From Myxococcota bacterium (GTDB lineage: Bacteria; Myxococcota_A; UBA9160; SZUA-336): 64,000 nucleotides of DNA. The notes beneath the pieces are model-generated. The model saw nothing but the letters and a program-made list of their open reading frames with translations, made no database searches and was not told where the DNA came from. The translations under genes and the position numbers were made by a program. This document shows positions 9,907 through 20,130 of this stretch, one piece after another; the first letter of the stretch is position 1, and every line of letters starts with the position of its first letter. The DNA lies in the NCBI GenBank assembly GCA_965247115.1, contig CBDFGR010000002.1:1440001-1504000 (forward strand), given 5' to 3'.

Positions 9907-10322
9907 CGCAGGTGGTCCTCGAGCTCTCGCATGCGCCGCCCGTCGGCCGCGTTCTGGTGATCCATCCCCACCAGGTGGAGTATCCCGTGGATCGCGAGGT
10001 CCCGCACCTCGGAGTCGATCGAGACACGGCGAGCGGCGGCTTGACGCCCAGCCGTCTCGACGGAGAGCACGACATCTCCGAGGCACTCGCCGCGGAAGCG
10101 CGCCCCCGGTCCCTCCAGGAGCGAGAAGGCCAGGACGTCGGTCGGCTCCGCGTCGCGCCCGAAGCGGCCCGCCATCTCGGCAATCGCTGCGTCGCTCACG
10201 AGCGTGACCGAGAGCTCAGCGTCCGAGTACCCCAAGGCGCCTAATACCGCCTTCAGTCTCCTCCGGAGGGCGCTCCGGTCGATCGATCTGCCCAGGCTCG
10301 AGCCGTTCAGCCAGGCCTTCAT
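9882..10322 (-). CDS. ybeY: rRNA maturation endoribonuclease YbeY
   Basis: [25 protein letters not shown] zinc motif; start taken as ATG 10322. Confidence 0.92.
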   Translation of the reverse strand: MKAWLNGSSLGRSIDRSALRRRLKAVLGALGYSDAELSVTLVSDAAIAEMAGRFGRDAEPTDVLAFSLLEGPGARFRGECLGDVVLSVETAGRQAAARRVSIDSEVRDLAIHGILHLVGMDHQNAADGRRMRELEDHLRWELSRFG

Positions 10323-12624
10323 CCGCACCCTCGTCGAGCTTCTTGCCCTTGTTGTCCGTCGCCTCGGGATAGTCGATTCGCTCGTGCCGGATCGCACTGA
10401 GCGTGTCGATGAAGCTGCGGGCGATCGCGTGAAGGTCGCGAAGCGTCAGGCTGCAATCATCGAGCTGACCGTCGCGAAAGTAGTTGTTGATGAGTCGCTG
10501 GACAAGCTGCTGCACGCGCGCGCGCGAGGTGTCAGGCAGGGTGCGCGAGGCCGCCTCGACGGAATCTGCCAGCATCAGGATTCCGGCCTCACGGGTCTGC
10601 GGCTTCGGGCCAGCGTAGCGGTAGTCGTGCTCCGCAACGAGCTCGCCCTTCTCGGGGTCGGCCGCTTCTTTCGCCTTCTCGAAAAAGAAGCGGATTACGC
10701 TGGTACCGTGGTGCTCGCGAATCCCCTGCATGATGGGAGAGGCCAGCCCACTCGCCTCACCCATCTCAATGCCGTCCTTCACGTGCGCCTGGAGGATGCG
10801 CGCGGACATGGAAGGAGACAGCTTCTCGTGTCGGTCCTCGCCATCGTGGAGCGCATAGTTCTCGACGAAGAAGTGAGGCCGCCTCATCTTGCCGATGTCG
10901 TGGTAGTAGCCTGCAACCTTCGCGAGCAAGGCGTTCGCGCCGATGGCTTCCGCGGCCTTCTCCGCGAGGTGTCCAACCATCATGCTGTGGTGATAGGTGC
11001 CGGGCGCGCGCAGCTCCAGATCCCGCAGCAGCGGCTGCTCGCGGTTCGCCAGCTCGAGCAACTTGACGTCGGTCGTGTAGGAGAAGACGGACTCGACGAT
11101 CGGAGCCACGCCAGATACGAGCACTCCCGAGAGCCCGCCGGCGGCCAAGCCGAGTACCGCCGAGAGCATCAGGGGCGCGAGCGAGGTGTTTCCACTGAGC
11201 ATGCTGAGCGCCAGGATGGCCATGACGTTCGCGAAGCCCACGCGCATGCCGGCACGCAGGAGTGTGCCGCGCTGTGTGACCTGTGACGTGGCCACCGCCG
11301 CCGTCAGCGAGCCGGCAAGCGTGTAGAGGGCATACGAGAGCTCGCCGTTCACTTGCAGCCCTGCGAGGAGCGAGATCATGATGGCGAACAGCGCCGCGGT
11401 CTCGGCGTTGTGCACCATGCGCACGAGCAACGTCGCCGCCGCGACGGGGATGGCATAGTAGAGCAACCCGGGGAACGCCTCCAGCAAGCCCGAGAGCCAC
11501 GGGGTTTGTTCCACGGCTTTGGCCAGGAAGAGTGCGAAGCTCGTGAGGATGGCGGTCACGACCACCGCGCTGAGCAGGAAGGCCGCGTCTCGGGGAGCGC
11601 GCGGAAAACGCGGCAGGCTGTTCCTTCCGAAGCGCCAGATCACTGCCATGAGCAAGAACAGCACCCCGGCCACCCCGAGGAACTCCTCGAAGCGACTGAG
11701 CGCGAGCTGCTGGCGGCGAATTCCCTTCAGAATCAACACGTTGCGCTCGCTGATGGGATCGCCGTCGCGCACGATAATCTCGCCCTCGCGCAGCGAGATG
11801 GTCGCCTGCTTGACGCCCTCCTCGGCGGCTTTTCGTCCCTCTTCCGTGGCCCGCAGGTTGAAGTCGAGATTCGGACGCACCAGCTGCTTGGCCAGAGACA
11901 GGAGCGCCTTTTGTCTCTTGCTCGGCAGCGCGTCGAGGGCCGCGCGAGCCTGCTCCTCGATGAGCGCGCGGGCGCTCACCTGGGTGAGGACGGTCTGCTC
12001 CGGAGACAGCTTCTTCTCGTCACCCGTTCCGAGCTTGCGCACCAGTACGTTGCGAGTCTCGACGTGACGCGCGAACTCCGAGGCGTCGTCGACGATCATC
12101 TGTCCGACGGGAGCCACAATCAGCGTGAGGAGATGCTCGTCTTCGGAGCTGAAACCTGCCTCCGCCAGGTACGCCATGGCTGCGTCCGGGATCTCGACTT
12201 CTTCGCCCAGTGCCTGGCGGAACAGCCCCTGCGTTGAGGGGCCCGAAGGCTCCTCGCTTCCCTCCTGCGCTGCTAGCGCCTCCCGCGCGGCGAGGAAGGC
12301 AGGTCCCAGGCGCGCCTCGAGCGCTTCCAACCTGCGCTCGTCGAAGTCGTAGACCACTGACGCGTTCTCGACCGCGTCGCGGCGCAGCTGCTCGGTGGCC
12401 TGCTCGTCGACAAGCGTGATCTCTGTCGGCGCCTTGTAGTCGCGGTCCGAGATGTCGCCCACCCGGAGCGTACGCACCGAAGATCCCAGACCGGGAGAAG
12501 AGAGCAAGTCGATCGTCAGCAGCGCCGAGAGCAGCAAGCTGGCGCCGACTCCCGCGGCGAGCAGCCCGAGACTTCGCCGCTCGGGTCGGAAACGGAACGG
12601 CAGTCTGCTGTCTGGCATCGACAT
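10216..12624 (-). CDS. 7TM-HD (HDIG) membrane phosphohydrolase, PgpH-like cyclic-nucleotide phosphodiesterase family
   Basis: Extracytoplasmic domain, about 7 TM helices, [43 protein letters not shown]; conserved phoH-HD-ybeY context. Start MSMPD at 12624. Confidence 0.88.
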   Translation of the reverse strand: MSMPDSRLPFRFRPERRSLGLLAAGVGASLLLSALLTIDLLSSPGLGSSVRTLRVGDISDRDYKAPTEITLVDEQATEQLRRDAVENASVVYDFDERRLEALEARLGPAFLAAREALAAQEGSEEPSGPSTQGLFRQALGEEVEIPDAAMAYLAEAGFSSEDEHLLTLIVAPVGQMIVDDASEFARHVETRNVLVRKLGTGDEKKLSPEQTVLTQVSARALIEEQARAALDALPSKRQKALLSLAKQLVRPNLDFNLRATEEGRKAAEEGVKQATISLREGEIIVRDGDPISERNVLILKGIRRQQLALSRFEEFLGVAGVLFLLMAVIWRFGRNSLPRFPRAPRDAAFLLSAVVVTAILTSFALFLAKAVEQTPWLSGLLEAFPGLLYYAIPVAAATLLVRMVHNAETAALFAIMISLLAGLQVNGELSYALYTLAGSLTAAVATSQVTQRGTLLRAGMRVGFANVMAILALSMLSGNTSLAPLMLSAVLGLAAGGLSGVLVSGVAPIVESVFSYTTDVKLLELANREQPLLRDLELRAPGTYHHSMMVGHLAEKAAEAIGANALLAKVAGYYHDIGKMRRPHFFVENYALHDGEDRHEKLSPSMSARILQAHVKDGIEMGEASGLASPIMQGIREHHGTSVIRFFFEKAKEAADPEKGELVAEHDYRYAGPKPQTREAGILMLADSVEAASRTLPDTSRARVQQLVQRLINNYFRDGQLDDCSLTLRDLHAIARSFIDTLSAIRHERIDYPEATDNKGKKLDEGADEGLAERLEPGQIDRPERPPEETEGGIRRLGVLGR

Positions 12625-12632
12625 CGAAGACC

Positions 12633-13616
12633 CTAATCGCTGGAATCGACCCGCTCGTAGGCCTTGATGATCTCCTGCACGAGCGGATGGCGGACCACGT
12701 CCTTCTCGTTGAAGTTCACAAACGAGATGCCTGGGATATCGGCAAGGAAGCGCCGCGCCTCGATCAGACCTGAGTCGATACCCTTGGGAAGATCCGTCTG
12801 GGAGACGTCGCCGTTGATCACCGCCTTTGAGTCGAAGCCCATGCGGGTCAGGAACATCCGCATCTGCTCGCCGGTGGTGTTCTGCGCCTCGTCCAGGACG
12901 ATGAACGCATCGTTCAAGGTGCGGCCCCTCATGTAGGCGAGCGGCGCGACCTCGATGGTGCCACGCTCCATGCGTCGCCCGATCTCCTCCGGCTCGAGCA
13001 TGTCGTGCAGCGCGTCGGAGAGCGGACGCAGGTAGGGATCGATCTTCTCGAAGAGCGTGCCGGGCAGGAATCCCAGCTTCTCCCCAGCCTCGACGGCAGG
13101 CCGCGTGAGGATGATGCGGGCGCACTCGCGACGACGCAGCGCGGAGACGGCCATCGCCATCGCCAGGTAGGTCTTACCAGTACCGGCCGGCCCCACCCCG
13201 AAGATCATGTCGTGAGAGCGGATGGCGCTCACGTAGCGGCGCTGGTTCTCCGTCCGCGGGACGATGCGCTTGCGCCGGCCCACCTCGACTGCCTCGCCCT
13301 CGACGAGAGCCTTCGCTGCCGGGGAGCCCGAGCCGCCGTGTGCCAGGCGCGTGACCTGGAGGACGTCGCTCTCGTCGATGGGCAGCCCGGAGGCCACCAT
13401 GTCGTACAGGTCGCGCAGCACGCGCTGGGCAACCTTGCGCTCGAGCTTCCCGCCCTTCACGCGCACGCGGTTGCCGCGGGCCTGGATCTCGACGCCGATC
13501 TCCGCCTCGATCGCTCGCAGGAAGCGATCGTTCTCCCCGAAGAGGAGCTGCGCGATCGCGTTGTCTTCCAGTACGAGCGGGTCGTCGTCCGCCAAAGGGC
13601 CCCCATGGCTGGTCAC
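12633..13616 (-). CDS. phoH: PhoH family ATPase
   Basis: [35 protein letters not shown]. Confidence 0.96.
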   Translation of the reverse strand: MTSHGGPLADDDPLVLEDNAIAQLLFGENDRFLRAIEAEIGVEIQARGNRVRVKGGKLERKVAQRVLRDLYDMVASGLPIDESDVLQVTRLAHGGSGSPAAKALVEGEAVEVGRRKRIVPRTENQRRYVSAIRSHDMIFGVGPAGTGKTYLAMAMAVSALRRRECARIILTRPAVEAGEKLGFLPGTLFEKIDPYLRPLSDALHDMLEPEEIGRRMERGTIEVAPLAYMRGRTLNDAFIVLDEAQNTTGEQMRMFLTRMGFDSKAVINGDVSQTDLPKGIDSGLIEARRFLADIPGISFVNFNEKDVVRHPLVQEIIKAYERVDSSD

Positions 13617-13669
13617 AGCTGCCCGAATCAGGCCGCACAGTACTACTCCGGCCCTGCGTCCCTCACTGC

Positions 13670-14755
13670 TCAGTCCAAGCGCCGGGTCAGGCGATAGCCG
13701 TCCTCGGAGCGCGTATAACTGTACTGATCCAGGGGAACCGTCGCCAAGAGACGCTGGCGGCCGTCTCCCAGCGCGCTCAGGGACTGGGGGTAGCCCCCTT
13801 CGGCCCAGCGATGCGCCTCCAACGCGACCCGCAGCCGCTCCGTTGCTGCCGAAGCCCGCGCCTCTGCCAGGAAGGTGACGGGCAGGGGATAGTCGACCAG
13901 GCGCGGCGGCCGGAGCTGCAGGAGCAGCACTGCGAAGGCGGCACAGACTCCCAGTACCGCGTACGCCAGCATGGGTCTGGAAGCGTGGACCCGGACCCGG
14001 AGGGCTGCCGAGTCCGTTCCTTTCCGCATCTCGCCATACACGGCGCCGGCATGAATCAGGGCCATCAGGGCCCGAGCGCCCTCGAAGGTCCCCAGGCGCG
14101 ACAGGTCGATGACGCGGCGTGCGGTAGCCCTCCCATTTGCGAGGGTGAACAGCTTCTCCAATGCCGTCAGCTCGAGACCGTCCCGCTCAAGGTCCGCCCG
14201 CATGGCCCGAAAGCCCTCGAGGTCAACCTTCTGCGTGATGACGAGGGTCAGGTCCCGCAGCTGTCGCGCGATCGGTCCCCACTCGTCGCGCATCCGCAGC
14301 GCGTCCAGTAGCACCATCTCGGCGCGGACCGGCGACTCGTTCCGACCAGGCTCCACTGCGCACGGCTCGAATGCGAACTTGCCCTCGTCCCACAGGAACA
14401 GCTCAAAAATCGACTCGTCGTTGATCAGGGCCGCGAGCTGATCGATGTCCTCCTGGCTGAGGAGGCCGCGGGAGACAAGCACCTGCGGCAGGGGCTCGAG
14501 GGTCTCGGCCTGGATGCGCCACGCCTCGTCCAACGCATGCTCGGAGATCGCACCCGAGCGCAGCAACACACTGGCAAGGGCGCCGTCGGGCCGGATCTCC
14601 GCCGGCCTGGCGCGCAAGACCGATCCCTCGATGAAGAAGACCTCCAGGACCCGCCCTGCTCGCTCCACCTCGAGGCGGCCCGTCTTGGTCTGCTGGGCGA
14701 TCAGCTGGAAGACGTCGGCCGCCCCGAAGTCGCTAAGGACACCACGCAAGCTCAT
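13670..14755 (-). CDS. DUF4388-like domain membrane protein
   Basis: MSLRGVLSDFGAADVFQLIAQQTKTGRL...LFLWDEGKFAF pattern, TM near the C-terminus. ATG overlaps the upstream stop (ATGA). Confidence 0.75.
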   Translation of the reverse strand: MSLRGVLSDFGAADVFQLIAQQTKTGRLEVERAGRVLEVFFIEGSVLRARPAEIRPDGALASVLLRSGAISEHALDEAWRIQAETLEPLPQVLVSRGLLSQEDIDQLAALINDESIFELFLWDEGKFAFEPCAVEPGRNESPVRAEMVLLDALRMRDEWGPIARQLRDLTLVITQKVDLEGFRAMRADLERDGLELTALEKLFTLANGRATARRVIDLSRLGTFEGARALMALIHAGAVYGEMRKGTDSAALRVRVHASRPMLAYAVLGVCAAFAVLLLQLRPPRLVDYPLPVTFLAEARASAATERLRVALEAHRWAEGGYPQSLSALGDGRQRLLATVPLDQYSYTRSEDGYRLTRRLD

Positions 14756-16581
14756 TTCGAGACCCTGAGCTTGTTGAGCCGCTGGAATGACTCCCAGAGA
14801 CTGAGTCCGTAGAGCGGCAGCAGGAGAAGGGCGCTGAACACGCTCGGGAGTGTGGACGCCAGATCTCCAATCTCCCACGGTCCCGGCAATCTCGTGGACA
14901 CCAGGAGCAGGGCAAGGGCGACGCCGACCCCCGCAATGCGCAGGCACCCCGTCACGGCGCGGCCTTCGAAAAGCCCGGGCAGACCCGGCACGACGATGCC
15001 CGCTCCGACCAGGCCGACCCGAACACGCCGTCTGCGTGCACGGTCGAGATCGAGCTGGGCCCGCCGCAGGCGCGGGTCGCTGGGACCGGCCGGAGTACGC
15101 AGCCGCTGACACGTCACGCAGGTATCCGTCGCCACGCCGGGAGAACAGGCCTGGCAGATGACCTTGCTGCAGCCTCTGCAGCGACTGATGCGTTTGCGAC
15201 GCGCGACTGCGCCCGCTGCGCCCAGCGCGGGCAGGAGCAACCAGCTCCAGGCTGGCGCCCGCCGTCCGAGCGCCCAGCTCCGCACGTGGCGCGCCAGGTT
15301 GTCACCGTGTGGTGTCGGCGCAAGCGCTTGCTCGAGGAAGTACGTGAGCGGGATGTGTGGCTGGATCAGGTAGGAGTGGAGCGTCGTCCCGCCGCGTTTC
15401 GTGTGCTCACGAATCAGTGCGGGGTCGCTCTCACGGGCGGCCACAAAGAGCGCCGAGTGGTCTTCCAGTCGCAGCGCCCGACCGTACGCCTGAGACAGGT
15501 TGTAGAGAACGGCAGCCGACTCCTCCGCCGCCCGGGCATCCTCGAACCACTCGACGGACTCCTTCAGGTCCCCCCAGGCGAGATGGACGCTCCCCAGAAT
15601 GTTGAACGCCTGGGAGCGCAGGCCGGCGGGAGCGGACGCGGGAACCTCGTCCAGGAGCGCCTTGGTAGCCTGGAGATCCCCGCGACGCTTGAGCTGTGCG
15701 GCGAGCCCGAGGCGCGCCAGTAGCTGCCCATCCCGCGCCGTCGCGAGCTCCAGACGCTCCTCGTCACCGGGCAACCCCTGTCCCCGGTCCACGCGCCAGG
15801 CAGCCAGAAGCGTATCGGCGTGCCCCTGCACTGCGGAGAGGCGCGCCCAGTTGTCGAGGAGGGGTCCCGCCATGAGACCGAGGATTGCCATCCAGATGGC
15901 CACGCCGAAGGACTCGCGGGTCGGCAGCCGCAGCGTCGCCAGGAGCCCCGCCACGGCGAGGATGATCAGGGGACCCATGCCGAACAGGGGCAGCAGGGCC
16001 AGGACCCCGATGCCCAGTAGCATGCCGGGCCAGCTGGGCGGGTCGATGGAATCGGTGAAGTGGCCGAGCTCGTGTCCGTGAAGCGCGAGCGTACGTACAT
16101 AGCCGACGGACACGACGAGGGTCGTGGCCAGCAGTACTCCCAGTCCCAGCGCAACGCCAAGGGTCGACAGCAGCCAGAGCATCCCTGGAAAGCTGTGGAG
16201 CAGCGAGAAGGCCGCCATCACACCGGCCCAGCGATCGCGGCTTTGGCGGGCGGCCTCGAACAGGATTCCGGGGGTGGTGGGAGCGAGTCGCAGCGCCTTC
16301 TCGACGAAGTTGGGCCGGGTGCCATTCTTCGCCGCGTCCAGGGCCGCCCAGGCCAGGACCGGCAGGTCGCGAAAGCCGCGCTCCCGTAGGAGCACCTCGG
16401 CCTGCTCGAGCCTCACGCCAAAGGGAAGCTCGGCCACGAGTTCAGGCTCGGGAAGCGGGGCGGTGGGGACCTCTAGCGGGTCGGCGCGGTCGAGCTCCGC
16501 GCGCGCGCTACCGCACACGAGCAGCGTGGCCAGCAGAGCCACACCAAAGACGGATCCCCGCACGCTCCTCGCAGGACGCAC
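14752..16581 (-). CDS. Multi-TM tetratricopeptide-repeat protein with Cys-rich finger
   Basis: Signal peptide, several TM segments, TPR-like AFNILGSVHLAWG/VLYNLSQAY, CRGC..CQAC..CVTC. Confidence 0.65.
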   Translation of the reverse strand: MRPARSVRGSVFGVALLATLLVCGSARAELDRADPLEVPTAPLPEPELVAELPFGVRLEQAEVLLRERGFRDLPVLAWAALDAAKNGTRPNFVEKALRLAPTTPGILFEAARQSRDRWAGVMAAFSLLHSFPGMLWLLSTLGVALGLGVLLATTLVVSVGYVRTLALHGHELGHFTDSIDPPSWPGMLLGIGVLALLPLFGMGPLIILAVAGLLATLRLPTRESFGVAIWMAILGLMAGPLLDNWARLSAVQGHADTLLAAWRVDRGQGLPGDEERLELATARDGQLLARLGLAAQLKRRGDLQATKALLDEVPASAPAGLRSQAFNILGSVHLAWGDLKESVEWFEDARAAEESAAVLYNLSQAYGRALRLEDHSALFVAARESDPALIREHTKRGGTTLHSYLIQPHIPLTYFLEQALAPTPHGDNLARHVRSWALGRRAPAWSWLLLPALGAAGAVARRKRISRCRGCSKVICQACSPGVATDTCVTCQRLRTPAGPSDPRLRRAQLDLDRARRRRVRVGLVGAGIVVPGLPGLFEGRAVTGCLRIAGVGVALALLLVSTRLPGPWEIGDLASTLPSVFSALLLLPLYGLSLWESFQRLNKLRVSK

Positions 16582-16650
16582 TCGCTCCCCTCAGCCGGCG
16601 GCAGCCGGCCCCTGGTCTTAGTTCGGACAGGCTCAGCGGCCACTGAAGAC

Positions 16651-18288
16651 CTATCGTCCGGCCGAAAGGTCCCGCCCGCGGAAGAGATTCCGCAGTAGCT
16701 GCAGCTCGTTGCTGCGGAGAAGCTGCAGCACAAGCCCGTAGCCCAGCAGGCCCAGGGCCACGTGGAGAGCGAGGACTGCGAGGGCGGCCAGGGAGGCCTC
16801 CGACCCTACGGGGAGGCTCGCGTCGAGGCCTCGCAGCAGGGCGACCATCGCTCCTGCGGCGACGAGGATCTTCCCCCACCCGAGCAGACTCCCACTTTCG
16901 AGCTGGCTGCCGTAGCGCCGGCGCGCCGAGGCAACCACGTAGGCGCAGTTCGCCGTCGCCGCGATCGTGCTGGCCAGCGCCAGACCCACGAAGCCCAGGT
17001 CGGCCACCACTGCGCTGTGCTGGGCCGCAAGTAGCCAGCTCGGGAGCTGTCCGCCTGGCAACGGGCCGATCAGACACAGGGAGGCTAGCGCGTTCACCAA
17101 CAGGCTCACGAGAGCACCGCGTGCCGCCGTCGCGGTGTTCTCGTGCGCAAAGCAGAGATTCGCGTAGATCCGGGTGAGCGCGATTGGCACCAGGCCGAAG
17201 GCGTAGAAGAACAGGGCGGTGGAGGAGGCCTCGATGGCGGGCCGCCCGAAGACCGAGCTGTCGAGCCCGAAGAGCACCGCGAAGATCGGCTCGGAGAGCA
17301 GCACGAGTCCCGCGGAAGCCGGCAGTGCTAGCGCGAGCAGCGTTCCGAGCGTCGTCGAGAAGGTCCTGCGGAGCCCCTCGCGGTCGCCGGTGGAGATCAG
17401 CCTGGAGAAGGAAGGCAGGCTCGCGGCCCCGAGCGCGAACACGAACACGCCAAGCGGCAGCTCGAGGAGGCGCGACGCGTAGTAGAGATACGAGACCGCC
17501 CCATCGCCGAGAAAGGAGGCGAGAAAGCGCGAGAGGAGCAGGTTGAGCTGGAACACCGAGGCGCCAAGCATGGCCGGAAGCATGAGCTGTCCGAGTCGCC
17601 GCACTGCCGGGTGGCGGATGGCCCAGAGCACACGCGGAGCCATGGCCCGCGCCCGCAATGGGGGCAGCAGCACGAGCACCTGAAGGACCCCCGCCAGCAG
17701 CACGGCCACCGCCAGCCCCTCAATGGGCTGATCCAGCAGCGCGACGCTCAGGAAGGCGGCAGCGATCAAGCACAGGTTCAGCAGGACCGGAGCGAGGGCC
17801 GGGACCAGAAAATGCCCGAGGCTGTTCAGCGCACCCATGGCCACGGAGAGTAGGATCATGGCCAGGATGTAGGGAAAGCAGAGCCTCGTCAGGGTCGCCG
17901 TGAGCTCGCGCTTGCCCTCTGTCAGCTCGAAGCCCGGTGCGAACACGCCCACGAGCGGATCGGCTGCAAGGATGCCGGCGAGCGCGATCGCCACGCCGAC
18001 GGCAAAGGCGAGCGTCCAGATGGTGCTGAAGACGTCGCGCGCCGCTTCTCGAGAGCGCGACAGCCAGCTCGAGAACACCGGGACGAACGAGATCGTGAGC
18101 GACCCCTCCCCGACCAGCCTGCGCAGCAGGTTGGGGAGCATGAAGGCGACGAAGAACGCGTCCGTGGCGGCGGCGGGGAACAGGTTGGCTACCACCACGT
18201 CTCGCACCAGGCCGAGCACGCGGCTCGCCAGGGTCGCCCCACCCACGACTCCGGCCGAGCGGACGATTTCGGCTCCGTCCGTTGACAC
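16651..18288 (-). CDS. murJ: Lipid II flippase MurJ
   Basis: SRVLGLVRD, DAFFVAFMLPNLLRRLVGEG, YLYYASRLLELPLGVF; probable GTG start at 18288. Confidence 0.95.
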   Translation of the reverse strand: MSTDGAEIVRSAGVVGGATLASRVLGLVRDVVVANLFPAAATDAFFVAFMLPNLLRRLVGEGSLTISFVPVFSSWLSRSREAARDVFSTIWTLAFAVGVAIALAGILAADPLVGVFAPGFELTEGKRELTATLTRLCFPYILAMILLSVAMGALNSLGHFLVPALAPVLLNLCLIAAAFLSVALLDQPIEGLAVAVLLAGVLQVLVLLPPLRARAMAPRVLWAIRHPAVRRLGQLMLPAMLGASVFQLNLLLSRFLASFLGDGAVSYLYYASRLLELPLGVFVFALGAASLPSFSRLISTGDREGLRRTFSTTLGTLLALALPASAGLVLLSEPIFAVLFGLDSSVFGRPAIEASSTALFFYAFGLVPIALTRIYANLCFAHENTATAARGALVSLLVNALASLCLIGPLPGGQLPSWLLAAQHSAVVADLGFVGLALASTIAATANCAYVVASARRRYGSQLESGSLLGWGKILVAAGAMVALLRGLDASLPVGSEASLAALAVLALHVALGLLGYGLVLQLLRSNELQLLRNLFRGRDLSAGR

Positions 18289-18310
18289 CTCGGGCGGACC
18301 GGGGTACCTA
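18282..18310 (+). promoter_or_regulatory. Putative sigma70 promoter of rpsT
   Basis: Perfect TTGACA (18282-18287), 17 nt, weak -10 TACCTA; SD GGAGGA precedes ATG 18332. Confidence 0.5.
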
Positions 18311-18331
18311 CCGTCCCGCTCGGAGGAACTC

Positions 18332-18592
18332 ATGGCCCAACACGCTTCCGCCAAGAAGCGCCATCGCCAGTCGCTGAAGCGATCCGCCCGCAACCGGCAT
18401 TATCGGTCAACGGTGCGCTCTGCAGTGCGCAGGGCGCGGCGGGCAGCCGTCGAGAGCTCCGAGGACGCTGTGCGCTACGCCCACGAGGCCGAGCAGCTGC
18501 TGCGCCGGGCCCTGACAAAGGGCTCCATGCACCAGCGAACCGTGTCGCGCACCGTCTCGCGGCTACAGAAGCTGCTGAAGGGCAACGGATAG
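18332..18592 (+). CDS. rpsT: 30S ribosomal protein S20
   Basis: MAQHASAKKRHRQSLKRSARNRHYRSTVRSAVRR...KGSMHQRTVSRTVSRL; SD GGAGG; lies between murJ and holA. Confidence 0.95.
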   Translation: MAQHASAKKRHRQSLKRSARNRHYRSTVRSAVRRARRAAVESSEDAVRYAHEAEQLLRRALTKGSMHQRTVSRTVSRLQKLLKGNG

Positions 18593-18640
18593 CCTCCGCC
18601 AGGCTGGCCTCCCCGGCCAGGCTCACCTCCCCGGTCAGGC
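18593..18640. repeat. Degenerate 3-copy tandem repeat (about 18 bp period) between convergent rpsT and holA
   Basis: cctccgccaggctgg / cctccccggccaggctca / cctccccggtcaggc. Confidence 0.6.
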
Positions 18641-19621
18641 GCAGACCGCAAGCACCAGACGCTCGATGGCCAGCTGCGCGGGCAGCGGCGTGGCCCCTTT
18701 GAGGGCCTCGTCGGTTCTGCGCACCGCGTCGAGGCACGCGCGCAGGCGCGGCAGATCGAAGCGTCGGGCCTGCTCGACCAGCTTCTTTGCGGCGTAGGGG
18801 TGGACGCCCAGGCGCTGCTGCACCTCGCGCGTCTCCAGCGGACGGCACTCCCGCGCGCGCAGCAGACGCCGGAAGTGGTTCGCAAGCGCCCCCAGCACCA
18901 CGAGGGGCACGTCCCCCTGGTGTATCAGCTGGTTCGTGAGCCTGAGCGAGGCCGCCAGCTGTCGCGCACCGATCGCGTCGGTCAGCTCGTAGAGCGCGCG
19001 CGGTCGCAAATCTCCCGTGACGGCGGCCACGTCCTCGCCTCTGACCTCCCCACGCTCCCCGACGAACAGGCATACCTTGTCGAGCTCCATCGCCAGGCGA
19101 TCCAGGTTTGGACCCACCCTTTCCAGCAGCGTAGAAGCGACACCGCTGCCTGCGCGCTTCCCACGGCTCTTCAGCTGGGCCGCGATCCAGCTGCGCAGCT
19201 CCGCTGGCCGGCTCGGGCCCTTGCACTCGCGCAGCTCCCCCACCTTTGCCACGAGCTTGACCCATTTCTGGCGCCTGTCCACGCGCTCGGCTTCCAGGAC
19301 CAGACACGTTGTGGCCACGGGGCTCTCCAGGTAGTCCGGAAGCGGCCCCTCGAGGAACTTCGTCGCTCTTCTGGCGGCCAGGCCTCGCACCAGCACGAGG
19401 CGACCGGGCGCCATGACTGGGACCGTTCGCGCCGCCACCAGGATCTCGCCCGGGTCTGTGCCAGCGGCCGCCAGATCGAAGCGGTCCTCGTTGAAGTCGG
19501 CCGGGCCGCTCGCAAGCACCCGCTCGCGCAGCTCGAGCAGCGCGGCGTCGCGCAGCATGGCCTCAGGACCCACCAGGAGCGCAACCGGAGGATGGGCCGG
19601 CTCAGTACGCGAAGAGGTCAT
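18635..19621 (-). CDS. holA: DNA polymerase III delta subunit
   Basis: LLVGPE, TVPVMAPGRLVLV, MELDKVCLF, LGVHPY; lptE-holA-rpsT synteny. Confidence 0.92.
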   Translation of the reverse strand: MTSSRTEPAHPPVALLVGPEAMLRDAALLELRERVLASGPADFNEDRFDLAAAGTDPGEILVAARTVPVMAPGRLVLVRGLAARRATKFLEGPLPDYLESPVATTCLVLEAERVDRRQKWVKLVAKVGELRECKGPSRPAELRSWIAAQLKSRGKRAGSGVASTLLERVGPNLDRLAMELDKVCLFVGERGEVRGEDVAAVTGDLRPRALYELTDAIGARQLAASLRLTNQLIHQGDVPLVVLGALANHFRRLLRARECRPLETREVQQRLGVHPYAAKKLVEQARRFDLPRLRACLDAVRRTDEALKGATPLPAQLAIERLVLAVCA

Positions 19622-20129
19622 TGTGGATGTCCTCGGCGATCAAAGTAGCGACCCGGAGCATGGCCATCTGCTTGTTGCTCTTGTACACGAGCGGGTCTGC
19701 ACTGGAGAGAAAGTTCTGGCGCGCGGACAGCCCGGAGCCCTGCCAGACGACCTCTCCGGTGTCGACGCGCAGCACCCTCGCGTTGACCGTTACCTCGAGA
19801 GAGTCCTCGACGGAGATCGCCACGGACGAGAACGAGCTGGGGCGCACGTACACCCGCTGAATAGTGCCGCGCAGAACCACCTGGGAGCCGCCGGACTCAC
19901 CAGGCGGAACGGCGCGGAGCCGGCCCCCGCGCATGAACTCCTCCATGAGCGCCTCGCCAAGCACCAGCTCGAGACCCGGCTCGTCGGTCGGGTTCTCGAA
20001 CATGCGGATCTCGAGCTGCCGGACGTCATCGCCGAGCACCAGCGTCCTGCTGACCGGGCGGTAGCCGCAGCCGAGCACGAGCGCAACAGCGAGCACGACA
20101 CCAGCGCGTGTCAGCGACGAGTGGAACAC
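19602..20129 (-). CDS. lptE: LPS assembly lipoprotein LptE family
   Basis: Lipobox-like VLGCGY, FENPTDEPGLE; upstream of holA. Confidence 0.8.
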   Translation of the reverse strand: MFHSSLTRAGVVLAVALVLGCGYRPVSRTLVLGDDVRQLEIRMFENPTDEPGLELVLGEALMEEFMRGGRLRAVPPGESGGSQVVLRGTIQRVYVRPSSFSSVAISVEDSLEVTVNARVLRVDTGEVVWQGSGLSARQNFLSSADPLVYKSNKQMAMLRVATLIAEDIHNDLFAY

Positions 20130-20130
20130 T

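Noticed and set aside
7250..10183. 977-aa ORF as a giant RF2 fusion
   Set aside because: Only the last 343 codons are real (the prfB +1 frame). The rest is an off-frame shadow of lnt/ybeY that stays open because of high GC.
12625..13125. N-terminal 167 aa of the 969-aa HD ORF
   Set aside because: Off-frame overlap with phoH and low-complexity Arg-rich; the real start is near 12624.
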